Shown one piece after another: positions 53,592 to 64,000 of a DNA stretch of 64,000 bases; the stretch's first letter is position 1; each line of letters begins with the position of its first letter. The notes below the pieces were generated by a model. The model was not told the origin of the DNA. It made no database searches and saw only the letters and a list, made by a program, of their open reading frames with translations. This stretch comes from an uncultured delta proteobacterium (lineage in GTDB: Bacteria; Desulfobacterota; Binatia; UBA9968), in NCBI GenBank assembly GCA_963755715.1, contig CAVWLW010000075.1, forward strand, positions 24,483 to 88,482. The letters run 5' to 3'. The position numbers were made by a program, and so were the translations under genes.

Positions 53592-56225
53592 ATGACCGGC
53601 AGTGACATTCGCAAATCCTTCCTGGATTATTTCGCAAAACAGGGCCATACCGTGGTCCGCAGCTCGTCTCTCGTACCCGACAAAGACCCGACCTTGCTTT
53701 TCACCAACGCGGGGATGGTTCAGTTCAAAAACGTCTTTCTCGGCCAGGAGCGTTTGCCCTTCGCGCGCGCCACGAGCGCACAAAAATGCCTGCGCATCAG
53801 CGGCAAGCACAACGATCTCGAAGCCGTCGGTCGCGATACGTATCATCACACCTTTTTCGAGATGCTCGGCAATTGGTCCTTCGGCGATTATTATAAAGCC
53901 GAAGCCATCGAGTGGGCCTGGAATCTGCTCACCAAGGAATGGAGCCTGCCCAAGGACAGACTCTACGCGACCGTTTACCTCAACGACGATGACGCCGAGC
54001 GCCTATGGGCGAAGATCAGCGGTCTGCCCGCCGAACGTATCAGCCGCTTCGGAGAGAAGGAAAATTTCTGGGAAATGGGCGAGACCGGTCCCTGCGGTCC
54101 ATGCAGCGAGATTCATCTGGATCGCGGGCCCGAGGCATGCGACCGGCAAGATGTGCCGGGACACGAATGCCGGGTCAACGGCGACTGCGCGCGCTACATC
54201 GAGCTGTGGAATCTGGTTTTCATCCAGTACAACCGCAAAGAAAATCGTGAGCTGGAAGAGCTGCCGTCGAAGCATGTCGATACCGGCATGGGGCTGGAGC
54301 GCATCACCGCCGTGCTGCAGAACGTGTTGTCGAATTACGACATCGATTATATGCGTGCGCTCACAGCCACCACCGAGCAACTTACCGGCAAAAAGTACGG
54401 CGTCAATCCAACGGCGGATATTTCGTTCCGGGTCATCGACGATCACGCGCGCGCGGTTAGTTTCTTGATCGCCGACGGCGTCATGCCGAGCAATGAGGGG
54501 CGCGGCTATGTCTTGCGCCGACTGCTACGGCGCGCCGCGCGCCATGGGCGCTTGATCGGCCTTGAACAACCCTTCTTGCATGAAGTCGCCAAGACTGTTG
54601 CGGCGGTGATGGGTGATGCCTATCCCGAACTGCGCGCCGAAGAGCAGCGCATTCGCGAAGTCATTCGCACCGAGGAAGAACGCTTCGGAGAAACTCTAGA
54701 GAAGGGGCTCGCGCTGCTCGAGGAGGCCACGGCAAAACTCAAAAGAGAAAACCGGCAAGTGCTGTCCGGTGACGTCGCTTTCCGTCTTTACGATACTTTT
54801 GGGTTTCCGCTTGATTTGACCGAAGATATTTTGCGCGGTGAATCCATAGCCGTCGACCAGCCTGGCTTCGAGAAGCTCATGCAGAAGCAGCGCGCGCGCG
54901 GACGTGAAGCGCGCGAATCCACCAGCATGGAATCCAAGATCCAACTCGACCGCCAAGTCCGTTTCATCGGCTATGATCGGCTCGCAGGAGAATCCTCCGT
55001 GCTGGCTATTTATGGCAACGGCGCCGGTCTAGACGAAGCGGTAGAGGGAGATGAGATCGAGCTGCTCACCGCCGAGACACCTTTTTACGGCGAATCGGGC
55101 GGCCAGATCGGTGATCGTGGTACGGTCACTACCGCGCGCGGCGATATTATCGAAGTCTTCGACACACACCATCCCACGCCCCAACTCACAGCGCATCGGT
55201 CACGAGTCAAAAAAGGCCGTGTCCAGGTCGGCGACAAAGTTCAATTGGCAGTCGATCCCAAGCATCGTCAAAAGATCAAGCTCAATCATTCGGCCACGCA
55301 TATTCTGCATTCGGTGTTGCGCCGGGAATTAGGACAGCATGTTCGCCAAGCCGGTTCGCTGGTTACTCCGGAGCGACTGCGCTTCGACTTCAATCATAGC
55401 GGCGCTATCACCGATGAGCAGCTCGCGCTGATTGAGACGAGCGTCAATCATCATATTCGCGAAGATGCCGGCGTTTCCATTCAGGAAGTCAGTTACGACG
55501 AGGCGATCCGCCACGGTGCCCTCGCCTTTTTTGGCGACAAGTATGGCGACCGTGTGCGGGTGGTCCAAATAGGTGATTTTTCCACCGAGCTTTGCGGCGG
55601 CACTCACGTGCGCGCTTCCGGAGAGATTGGAATATTCAAACTCCAATCCGAAGGCGGCGTCGCCGCAGGAGTGCGGCGCGTCGAGGCGTTCACCGGCCAA
55701 GGCGCCTTGGATTTGATTCACAACTATGAACAGCGGCTCAAGGAGATCGGCAACCTGGTGCGCGGCAGCGCCGATGACGCCGTCGACAAAGTCAAGAAAC
55801 TTTTGGAACGCCAAAAAGAGCTGGAGAGGGAAATCGAAAAACTGCGCGGCCAATTTGAAAAAGACCAGATCCCTGAATTGCTGGCGAAGCAAAGTTCCGT
55901 AAATGGAACAAAGTTTTTGATCAGCCAGGTCGACGGCGTCGACGCCAAGCAACTGCGGGATATTGCCGACCAGCTCAAAGAAAAAATTGGCTCCGGAGTC
56001 GTTGTACTCGCAAGCGCCGGCGAAGCAAACGTAAATCTGGTCGCTTCGGTCAGCAAGGAATTGACCCAGCGCTATCATGCCGGCAACATCATCAAAGAGC
56101 TCGCCGGGATAGTCGGAGGCGGCGGCGGCGGACGGCCGGAATTCGCTCAAGCCGGTGGCAAAGAGCCGGCCAAGATTGCCGCCGCGCTAAAACGCGCCGA
56201 AGAGCTGATTCGTGAGGCCAAATGA
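53592..56225 (+). CDS. alaS: alanine--tRNA ligase
   Basis: DPTLLFTNAGM, HHTFFEMLGNWSFGDY, NHSATH, ELCGGTH and GGGGGRP. Confidence 0.99.
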   Translation: MTGSDIRKSFLDYFAKQGHTVVRSSSLVPDKDPTLLFTNAGMVQFKNVFLGQERLPFARATSAQKCLRISGKHNDLEAVGRDTYHHTFFEMLGNWSFGDYYKAEAIEWAWNLLTKEWSLPKDRLYATVYLNDDDAERLWAKISGLPAERISRFGEKENFWEMGETGPCGPCSEIHLDRGPEACDRQDVPGHECRVNGDCARYIELWNLVFIQYNRKENRELEELPSKHVDTGMGLERITAVLQNVLSNYDIDYMRALTATTEQLTGKKYGVNPTADISFRVIDDHARAVSFLIADGVMPSNEGRGYVLRRLLRRAARHGRLIGLEQPFLHEVAKTVAAVMGDAYPELRAEEQRIREVIRTEEERFGETLEKGLALLEEATAKLKRENRQVLSGDVAFRLYDTFGFPLDLTEDILRGESIAVDQPGFEKLMQKQRARGREARESTSMESKIQLDRQVRFIGYDRLAGESSVLAIYGNGAGLDEAVEGDEIELLTAETPFYGESGGQIGDRGTVTTARGDIIEVFDTHHPTPQLTAHRSRVKKGRVQVGDKVQLAVDPKHRQKIKLNHSATHILHSVLRRELGQHVRQAGSLVTPERLRFDFNHSGAITDEQLALIETSVNHHIREDAGVSIQEVSYDEAIRHGALAFFGDKYGDRVRVVQIGDFSTELCGGTHVRASGEIGIFKLQSEGGVAAGVRRVEAFTGQGALDLIHNYEQRLKEIGNLVRGSADDAVDKVKKLLERQKELEREIEKLRGQFEKDQIPELLAKQSSVNGTKFLISQVDGVDAKQLRDIADQLKEKIGSGVVVLASAGEANVNLVASVSKELTQRYHAGNIIKELAGIVGGGGGGRPEFAQAGGKEPAKIAAALKRAEELIREAK

Positions 56226-56311
56226 TTTTCCGGCAGTCGAATTATTTGTTGGTACTCAGCAGATTGTCGCAAAGTTTTTCGGGAACGGGTTTTTGAGAGC
56301 AGCGAAATAGC

Positions 56312-56740
56312 GTGTTAAAGATTCGCTCCAATAAAATCGTCGAACATACTACCGGCTTCTGCGACATCATCGACATCACGCCTAAGCTTCGCGAGCAGAT
56401 TCAAAAAGAAAACATCCACAAAGGTTTGCTCACGGCCTTCGTGTCGGGCTCGACCGCGGCCGTTACCACGATCGAGCATGAATCGGGATTGATTCAGGAC
56501 CTGAAGGAATTCGTCGAGCGACTGATCCCGTCCGATCGCCGCTACCATCACGATGATCGCTGGGGCGACGATAATGGTTTTTCCCACCTGCGGGCCTCGC
56601 TGTTCGGCCCATCGATCGCAATTCCGATTGAGAACGGCGAGCCTTGTTTAGGCACCTGGCAGCAGGTCATCTTGATCGATTTTGACAATCGTTCGCGCAC
56701 GCGCGAAATCATCGTCCAGCTCATAGGAGAAAACGAGTGA
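56312..56740 (+). CDS. yjbQ: YjbQ/UPF0047 family protein
   Basis: GSTAAVTTIE, DNGFSHLRASL and LGTWQQV..DFD. Confidence 0.92.
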   Translation: MLKIRSNKIVEHTTGFCDIIDITPKLREQIQKENIHKGLLTAFVSGSTAAVTTIEHESGLIQDLKEFVERLIPSDRRYHHDDRWGDDNGFSHLRASLFGPSIAIPIENGEPCLGTWQQVILIDFDNRSRTREIIVQLIGENE

Positions 56741-57762
56741 AAGACGAAAGAAAACAACTCGCCAGCATGGTGACCGAGGTCGGCGTTAACGTTCTCGATT
56801 TCCATGATCCGCGCCTGTTCCGCGACCTGTTGGGACAACATGACCAGCATATAAAAATTCTTCAGACTACGCTGCAACTAAAGATTCGTGTGCGCGGCGC
56901 GGCATTGGAGATTGAAGGCGATCCAATTCAAGTGGAGCTGGCGAGCCAGATTCTGCGCCAGCTCTACGGACTTTTAGAGAAAGGTTATCCGGTCTATGCC
57001 AGCGATGTCGACTACGCCATCCGCATTCTGAGCGGCGATTCGCGCGCCCGGTTGCAAGATATTTTCCTCGATACGATTTATATTTCGGCGCATAAACGCA
57101 CGATTACGCCGAAGAGCATCGCGCAAAAAGCCTACATCGACGCAATCCGGCGTTACGACATCGTCTTCGGCATCGGACCGGCGGGCACCGGCAAGACTTA
57201 CCTGGCAATGGCGATGGCGGTCGCCGAGTTGATGAAGAATAATTATGTGCGCATTATCCTCACCCGTCCCGCGGTCGAAGCGGGTGAAAAGCTCGGCTTT
57301 TTGCCCGGCGACCTGGCTGAAAAAGTCAATCCGTATTTGCGCCCGCTCTACGACGCGCTGCACGACATGGTCGATTTCGATCGCGCACGCAAGATGGTCG
57401 AGCGCGGCACCATCGAAGTCGCGCCGTTGGCGTTCATGCGCGGGCGAACATTGAACGATTCCTTTGTGATTCTCGACGAGGCGCAGAATACCACGCCGGA
57501 GCAGATGAAAATGTTCTTGACGCGGCTCGGCTACGGGTCAAAAGCGGTGATTACCGGCGACGCCACGCAAATCGATCTACCCGCGGGAAAGCTGTCCGGG
57601 CTAAAAGAAGCGTCGCGCATTCTCAAGGGCGTACACGGCATCCGCTTTGTCACTTTCACGGAAAAGGACGTGGCGCGCCATCACCTGGTTCAGGAGATCA
57701 TTTCGGCGTACGAGCGCGATGAAAACCAACCGAGCGCGAGGGACACACTCGAGAAAAGCTGA
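56737..57762 (+). CDS. phoH: PhoH family ATPase
   Basis: GPAGTGKTYLA, RPAVEAGEKLGFLPG and LDEAQN. Confidence 0.95.
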   Translation: MKDERKQLASMVTEVGVNVLDFHDPRLFRDLLGQHDQHIKILQTTLQLKIRVRGAALEIEGDPIQVELASQILRQLYGLLEKGYPVYASDVDYAIRILSGDSRARLQDIFLDTIYISAHKRTITPKSIAQKAYIDAIRRYDIVFGIGPAGTGKTYLAMAMAVAELMKNNYVRIILTRPAVEAGEKLGFLPGDLAEKVNPYLRPLYDALHDMVDFDRARKMVERGTIEVAPLAFMRGRTLNDSFVILDEAQNTTPEQMKMFLTRLGYGSKAVITGDATQIDLPAGKLSGLKEASRILKGVHGIRFVTFTEKDVARHHLVQEIISAYERDENQPSARDTLEKS

Positions 57763-57819
57763 TCGCTGCGCGTCATACGCAGACGGACCCACGCCGGCGA
57801 ATCGCTCGCCAACAGAAGT

Positions 57820-58951
57820 TTACTGAACCGCTTCCAACGCTACTTTCGTCTCCACGGTCTTTCCGTTGCGCAAAATCGAGATATTGACGGCGTCGCCAAT
57901 TTTGTATTTTTCCAGCAGCAAGTAGAGATCGTTCGGCGATTCAACTTTTTTACCATCGAGGGCGGTGATGATATCGCCCAAGCGCAAACGGCCTTCGGCA
58001 TCGCGCCGGGTCGGTTGGATTCCCGCCTTCGCCGCCGCACTGCCTCGAGCGACATCGACCACCAGGATGCCCGTGACGCCGAGCCGCTGAGCAATTTGAT
58101 CATCGGCAATTTGAATTCCCAAGCCCGGACGGATGATTTTTCCGCTGCGAATCAACTCCGGGACAATGCGATTGACGGTGTCCACGGGGATAGCGAAACC
58201 AATACCGGCCGATGCCCCGGACGGGCTGTAGATCGCGGTATTGACGCCGATCAAGCGCCCGGCGCTATCGAGCAACGGGCCTCCCGAGTTCCCCGGGTTG
58301 ATCGCGGCATCGGATTGGATCACGCCCTGGATTGGGCGGCGCGTGACGGATTCAATTTCGCGGTTGAGCGCGGAAATAACGCCGGTCGTCAGAGTCTGAT
58401 CCAAGCCGAAAGGGATTGCCGATCGCATAGACGCTTTGCCCGACCTGTAAATCTTTCGACGTGCCGATCGGGATCGGACGGAGCCGGTTGGCCGGCGCGT
58501 CGATGCGTAGGACGGCGAGATCTTTGTCAGGCGCCACGCCCACTACCCGCGCCTTCCAATTCGATTGGTCGGCCAAAGTCACCTGCGCCGAGTCGGCGTT
58601 TTGAATCACGTGAAAATTGGTGATGATGTCACCGTTGGTGTCCCAGACAAAACCAGACCCTGTGCCTTGGGGAATCTGGTAGAGGTTCAGCGTAAATAGA
58701 TCCCGCTCCACGCCGATCGTGGTGATGTTGACGACAGAAGGCGAAGCTTGCCGGAATAGATTGATCGTCGATCGCTCGTCGGAAAAAAGCTCGCCCCGCG
58801 CAGTGACCGTGCGCGGCGCCGCGCGCGGATCATTCAACGAAGCGCTACCAAGCCAAGTTTGTCTCGCAAATAGAACGGCGAGCAAACATGCCACACTGAG
58901 TAGTCCAACCCGAATGTAGCGACTCGTTGAGTTAATTTTTACGTCTGACAC
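57820..58951 (-). CDS. HtrA/DegP-family serine protease with PDZ domain (frameshift near 58410)
   Basis: GSGFVWD..ITNFHV, DLAVL, AIGNPFG, DAAINPGNSGGPL and a PDZ domain; AAGGAG RBS with GTG start. Confidence 0.9.
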
Positions 58952-59089
58952 TTGAATGCTCCTTGAGCGAAACCCATGCAGCAATATTGCCTAGCAGTGC
59001 CGGCAAATGCGCAATTCTTATATCACCTCCCAAGTGTCTTGCCAAAAGCACTCTCGGCAGGCGCGTCAACCGGAGGAAACCAAACTACC

Positions 59090-59420
59090 CTGGCAGAACT
59101 TGGGTGAGCCCGCGTCCTGTAGAGCAAAGATTTGTACCTCATTCGCGCCGAGTTGCCGCGCATGAAAAAAGAGGATTTCAACGTCGAAGTGCCCGATGGC
59201 TCCCTAACGCTGAGTGGCGAAAGAAAATTTGAAGAGCGGCCAATGGCGTCGAATATCATCGCGTTGAACGTGTGGCAGGCAAGTTCACGCGCTCCTTTTT
59301 CCTGCCGGACCGTGAAAAGCGATGCGATTAAGGCGACGTATCGAGACGGCATCTTGGAAATACACGTGCCGAAAGCGGAGGAGGCGAAACCGAAGCCAGA
59401 TTGCCATCACGATCAACTAA
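59090..59420 (+). pseudogene. Hsp20/alpha-crystallin relic
   Basis: YLIRAELP.MKKED..VEV..GSLTLSGERK and IKATYRDGILEIHVPKAEEAKPK, with several frame breaks and no intact start. Confidence 0.75.
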
Positions 59421-59502
59421 CCCTTCGAAGGATTCTTAGTTTCGAAGAGTGAACCTTATAGGCTTCCCTCTTCGCATTTTCAGCCCAAGCACTGGGTCCC
59501 CC

Positions 59503-59538
59503 AAAAGAAAAAAGGCGCCTGATCGCTCAGACGCCTTT
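59503..59538 (-). terminator. intrinsic terminator after groEL
   Basis: AAAGGCGTCTGA-GCGA-TCAGGCGCCTTT followed by a T-run. Confidence 0.85.
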
Positions 59539-59565
59539 GTTGTTTCCTGCGGCTAGCCGAGTTGA

Positions 59566-61498
<1,933 letters not shown>

Positions 61499-61628
61499 AA
61501 CACCCTCCTGAAATAAAACGTAAATTTAGATTCCTGCAGAACAGGTTGGATGCGCCCAATTTAATCTTCGATCGTCGATCGTCAAGGGGTTTGACTAGAA
61601 ATTTAAAAATTTTTGTCGAAAACGCGTT

Positions 61629-62000
61629 TCACGGCTTGTAGGGCGGCACCGCGATGCTCCGGATATAGGCGACGATGTCGCGAACCTGCCGATCGTTTAG
61701 CGCGGCGCCCCAAGAAGGCATAAAAGTCGACTTGCCCACCCCGCTCCCGCCTTTAGAAATAATATCGATGAGAAATTTGTCACTGAGCTGATTCATCACA
61801 GCTCCGTTGGTATGGTCAGCCGGTTTGACCGGCAGCGACGCCCCTGCCACGCCGTCGCCCTTGCCCATCTCACCATGGCAGGTCGAGCAATAAGTCGAAT
61901 ATAGTTTTTTGCCTTCGGCTGGATTTTGCGCTTGGCTTGCCGGCGCCACGGTGAGTTCCGCCAGAACGATCAGCGCCAACCAGAAAAATGCTTTGTTCAT
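61629..62000 (-). CDS. periplasmic monoheme cytochrome c
   Basis: Signal peptide, CSTCHG..GKGDG and axial Met in FMPSWG. Confidence 0.9.
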   Translation of the reverse strand: MNKAFFWLALIVLAELTVAPASQAQNPAEGKKLYSTYCSTCHGEMGKGDGVAGASLPVKPADHTNGAVMNQLSDKFLIDIISKGGSGVGKSTFMPSWGAALNDRQVRDIVAYIRSIAVPPYKP

Positions 62001-62162
62001 AGTCCAATCGCCTTCCATGAAATTTTTATTTACATTCCCTAGCAGATATTTTCGCGAAGCAACAGAGCGCCTGGGCATGCAGCAAGGGAAAATTTCGGCT
62101 ATTCATGGAGCGAAAAGGGTGATAAGAACTAGCCGTAAAATTTCACATCACGGGGGACGCAC

Positions 62163-62782
62163 ATGATCAAAATATGGGGCAGGACAGATTCCTCCAACGT
62201 GCAAAAAGTGCTGTGGTGCTGCGCTGAGCTCGGCATCGATTTCGAACGGCTCGACTGGGGTGGAAAATTCGGCGGCAACAACGACAAGGCTTATCGTGAA
62301 ATGAATCCCAATGGGCTTGTGCCGACGCTTAAAGACGGTGACTTTATCCTGTGGGAATCGAACAGCATCATGCGCTATCTGAACGTCAAATACGGCGGCG
62401 GAAAGCTCTTCCCGCCACGCCGGAAGGCATGGCCAACGCCAACCGCTGGATGGATTGGCAGTTATCGGCTTTCAATGCGACGATTGTGCCGCTGTTTTGG
62501 AACCTGGTCCGAACTCCAGCCGACAAACGCGATCCCAAAGCCGTCGAGGCGGCATTGGACAAGACGATCAAAGCCTGGCAAGTAGTCGAAGATCACTTGG
62601 CGAAAAGCCACTTTCTTGGCGGGGAGGAATTTTCGCTAGGCGATATTCCGCTCGGGGTCTGGGCTTACCGCTGGTTTAATTTGCCGATCCAGCGCCCATC
62701 ACAGCCCAATCTCAACAACTGGTACGAGCGCCTAAAACAGCGAAAGCCTTACCAGACTCACATCATGATACCGGTCACTTGA
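62163..62782 (+). CDS. glutathione S-transferase, GstB-like (frameshift near 62412)
   Basis: IWGRTDSSNVQKVLW, NPNGLVPTL..LWESNSI, RWMDWQ and FSLGDI. Confidence 0.9.
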
Positions 62783-62874
62783 GATTTATTCCGCGCGCCA
62801 GCGGCACTGAGCCGTCAGCAACTCATGAAAATCCGGCGCTCAAAGACCCCGTTCTGGGGCGGTGTCACGCAATG

Positions 62875-64000
62875 TCAAGCTGCGCGCGGTAATGTGATTT
62901 CAACCTTCGTGCCGGCGTTTACGCCGTTAGCAATCGTGATCGTGCCGCCGTTTCGCTCGACGAATTTTTTTGCCAGGGACAAACCGATCCCGGTGCCATG
63001 GGGCTTGGTGGTAAAGAACGGCTCGAAGACCCGTTCGCGATTCTCCGCCGGAATGCCTTCGCCAGTATCTTCGATCGAGAGCTGCACTACAGCGCCGGCG
63101 CCATTATGGTCCGACGATTTAGTTCGGATCGTCACGCTCCCGCCTTTCGGAGTAGCCTCGAGGGCATTTGTGATCAGCACCATCAAAGCTTGTTCCAATT
63201 GATTCACATCCGAGCTGACGCTGGGCGATGTTGCATCCAAATCCAGGTCGAGCGTGACCTTCGCGTCACTGAAGCGCGCGCACATGTTTCCATCACCTCG
63301 CGCACCACCGAGTTCACTTCGACCCGACTCGGGCGCGGCTCGAGAGGTTTGGCAAAATTTAGCAAACCCTGCATGCGCTTTTGCACCCGGTCGACTTGCT
63401 GCATGATGCTCTGTAAATTTTCTCTCGTCTTGCTGTTTTGTCCAGATCCGTCGGCGCCCTCAGCGTCGAGCAAAGCGACCTGAGCTGCGGCGCGGATCGA
63501 CGACAGCGGGTTGCCGATACCGTGGGCGACAGCGGCCGCCATTTCACCGACCAGCGCCATGCGCTGCGAGGCGGCAAGCTCGGCTTGCATCTGGAGCAGG
63601 TGCTCTTGTTGCTCGGCGATTTTCCGCGCGGCGCGGCGCATGATCGCGAAGAGTGAAACATACAGCAGCAAACCGCCACCCACAGCGCCCAGGAGAACCA
63701 CCAATCTCGCCTCATGGACAGCTCGGAAGATCGCGTCCGGACGCCGGTAGGTTTCAAAGACGCCAAGTAATTCTTTACCGTTTTCGCCATAGATCGGCAC
63801 ATAGACTTCAACCACCGGTGACGTGGCTTTTCCGTCCATGGCGTTGTCGCTCTGTTGCCGCTCGCCCATGTCGGCGATCACGTTGCCGCGCAGCGCTTTC
63901 TGCAATTGGGGATTGTCGCCAAAATATTTACCGACGAGTTGCTTATTGTCCGACCAAATGACGATCGCCTTGGGATTATAGACGCGAAATCGGATAATCT
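62875..64000 (-). CDS. sensor histidine kinase, 5'-truncated by window edge (frameshift near 63280)
   Basis: H-box AAAVAHGIGNPL, N-box NALEA, DTGEGI and FFTTKPHGTGIGL. Confidence 0.9.

Overview
GC-rich bacterial chromosome segment. The gene repertoire suggests a deltaproteobacterial, possibly Binatota-like, organism; this is inference, not a database match. About 13 otherwise intact genes are broken by 1-2 nt indels, which suggests an unpolished long-read assembly. Layout: (1) 1-7.3 kb holds a LOG protein, two orphan ABC solute-binding proteins, dodecin, a VOC protein, decayed Fpg and KTSC genes, and the 5' end of a group IIC intron abutting the rRNA terminator. (2) 7.3-13 kb is a complete minus-strand rrn operon (16S, tRNA-Ile, tRNA-Ala, 23S, 5S). 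(3) 13-18 kb is the conserved zapB-zapA-6S-ygfA-rny-ymdB-tyrS string. (4) 18.2-39 kb is a ~21 kb metal uptake and metallation island. It carries nikR with two candidate operators, a TonB-dependent receptor, TonB, MFS, a Zn/Mn/Ni-type ABC transporter, a His-rich RAPP ribosome-arrest leader, DUF4198, CopC, a CopD fusion, two Cox11-like paralogs, three SCO proteins, a cytochrome c, two methyltransferases, VKOR-Trx, a predicted exported selenocysteine rhodanese (in-frame UGA plus SECIS-like hairpin) and queC. (5) 39-43 kb is an ABC transporter with no binding protein, whose ATPase is fused to the MgtE cytosolic (N + CBS) module, preceded by a structured leader with a uORF. (6) 43-64 kb holds DUF58/BatA/VWA, an M23 peptidase, cinA-thpR-recA-recX-alaS-yjbQ-phoH, htrA, an hsp20 relic, groESL, a cytochrome c, GST and a histidine kinase. 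The best candidates for undescribed biology are the NikR-controlled metallation island (with its selenoprotein and arrest peptide) and the MgtE-fused ABC transporter.
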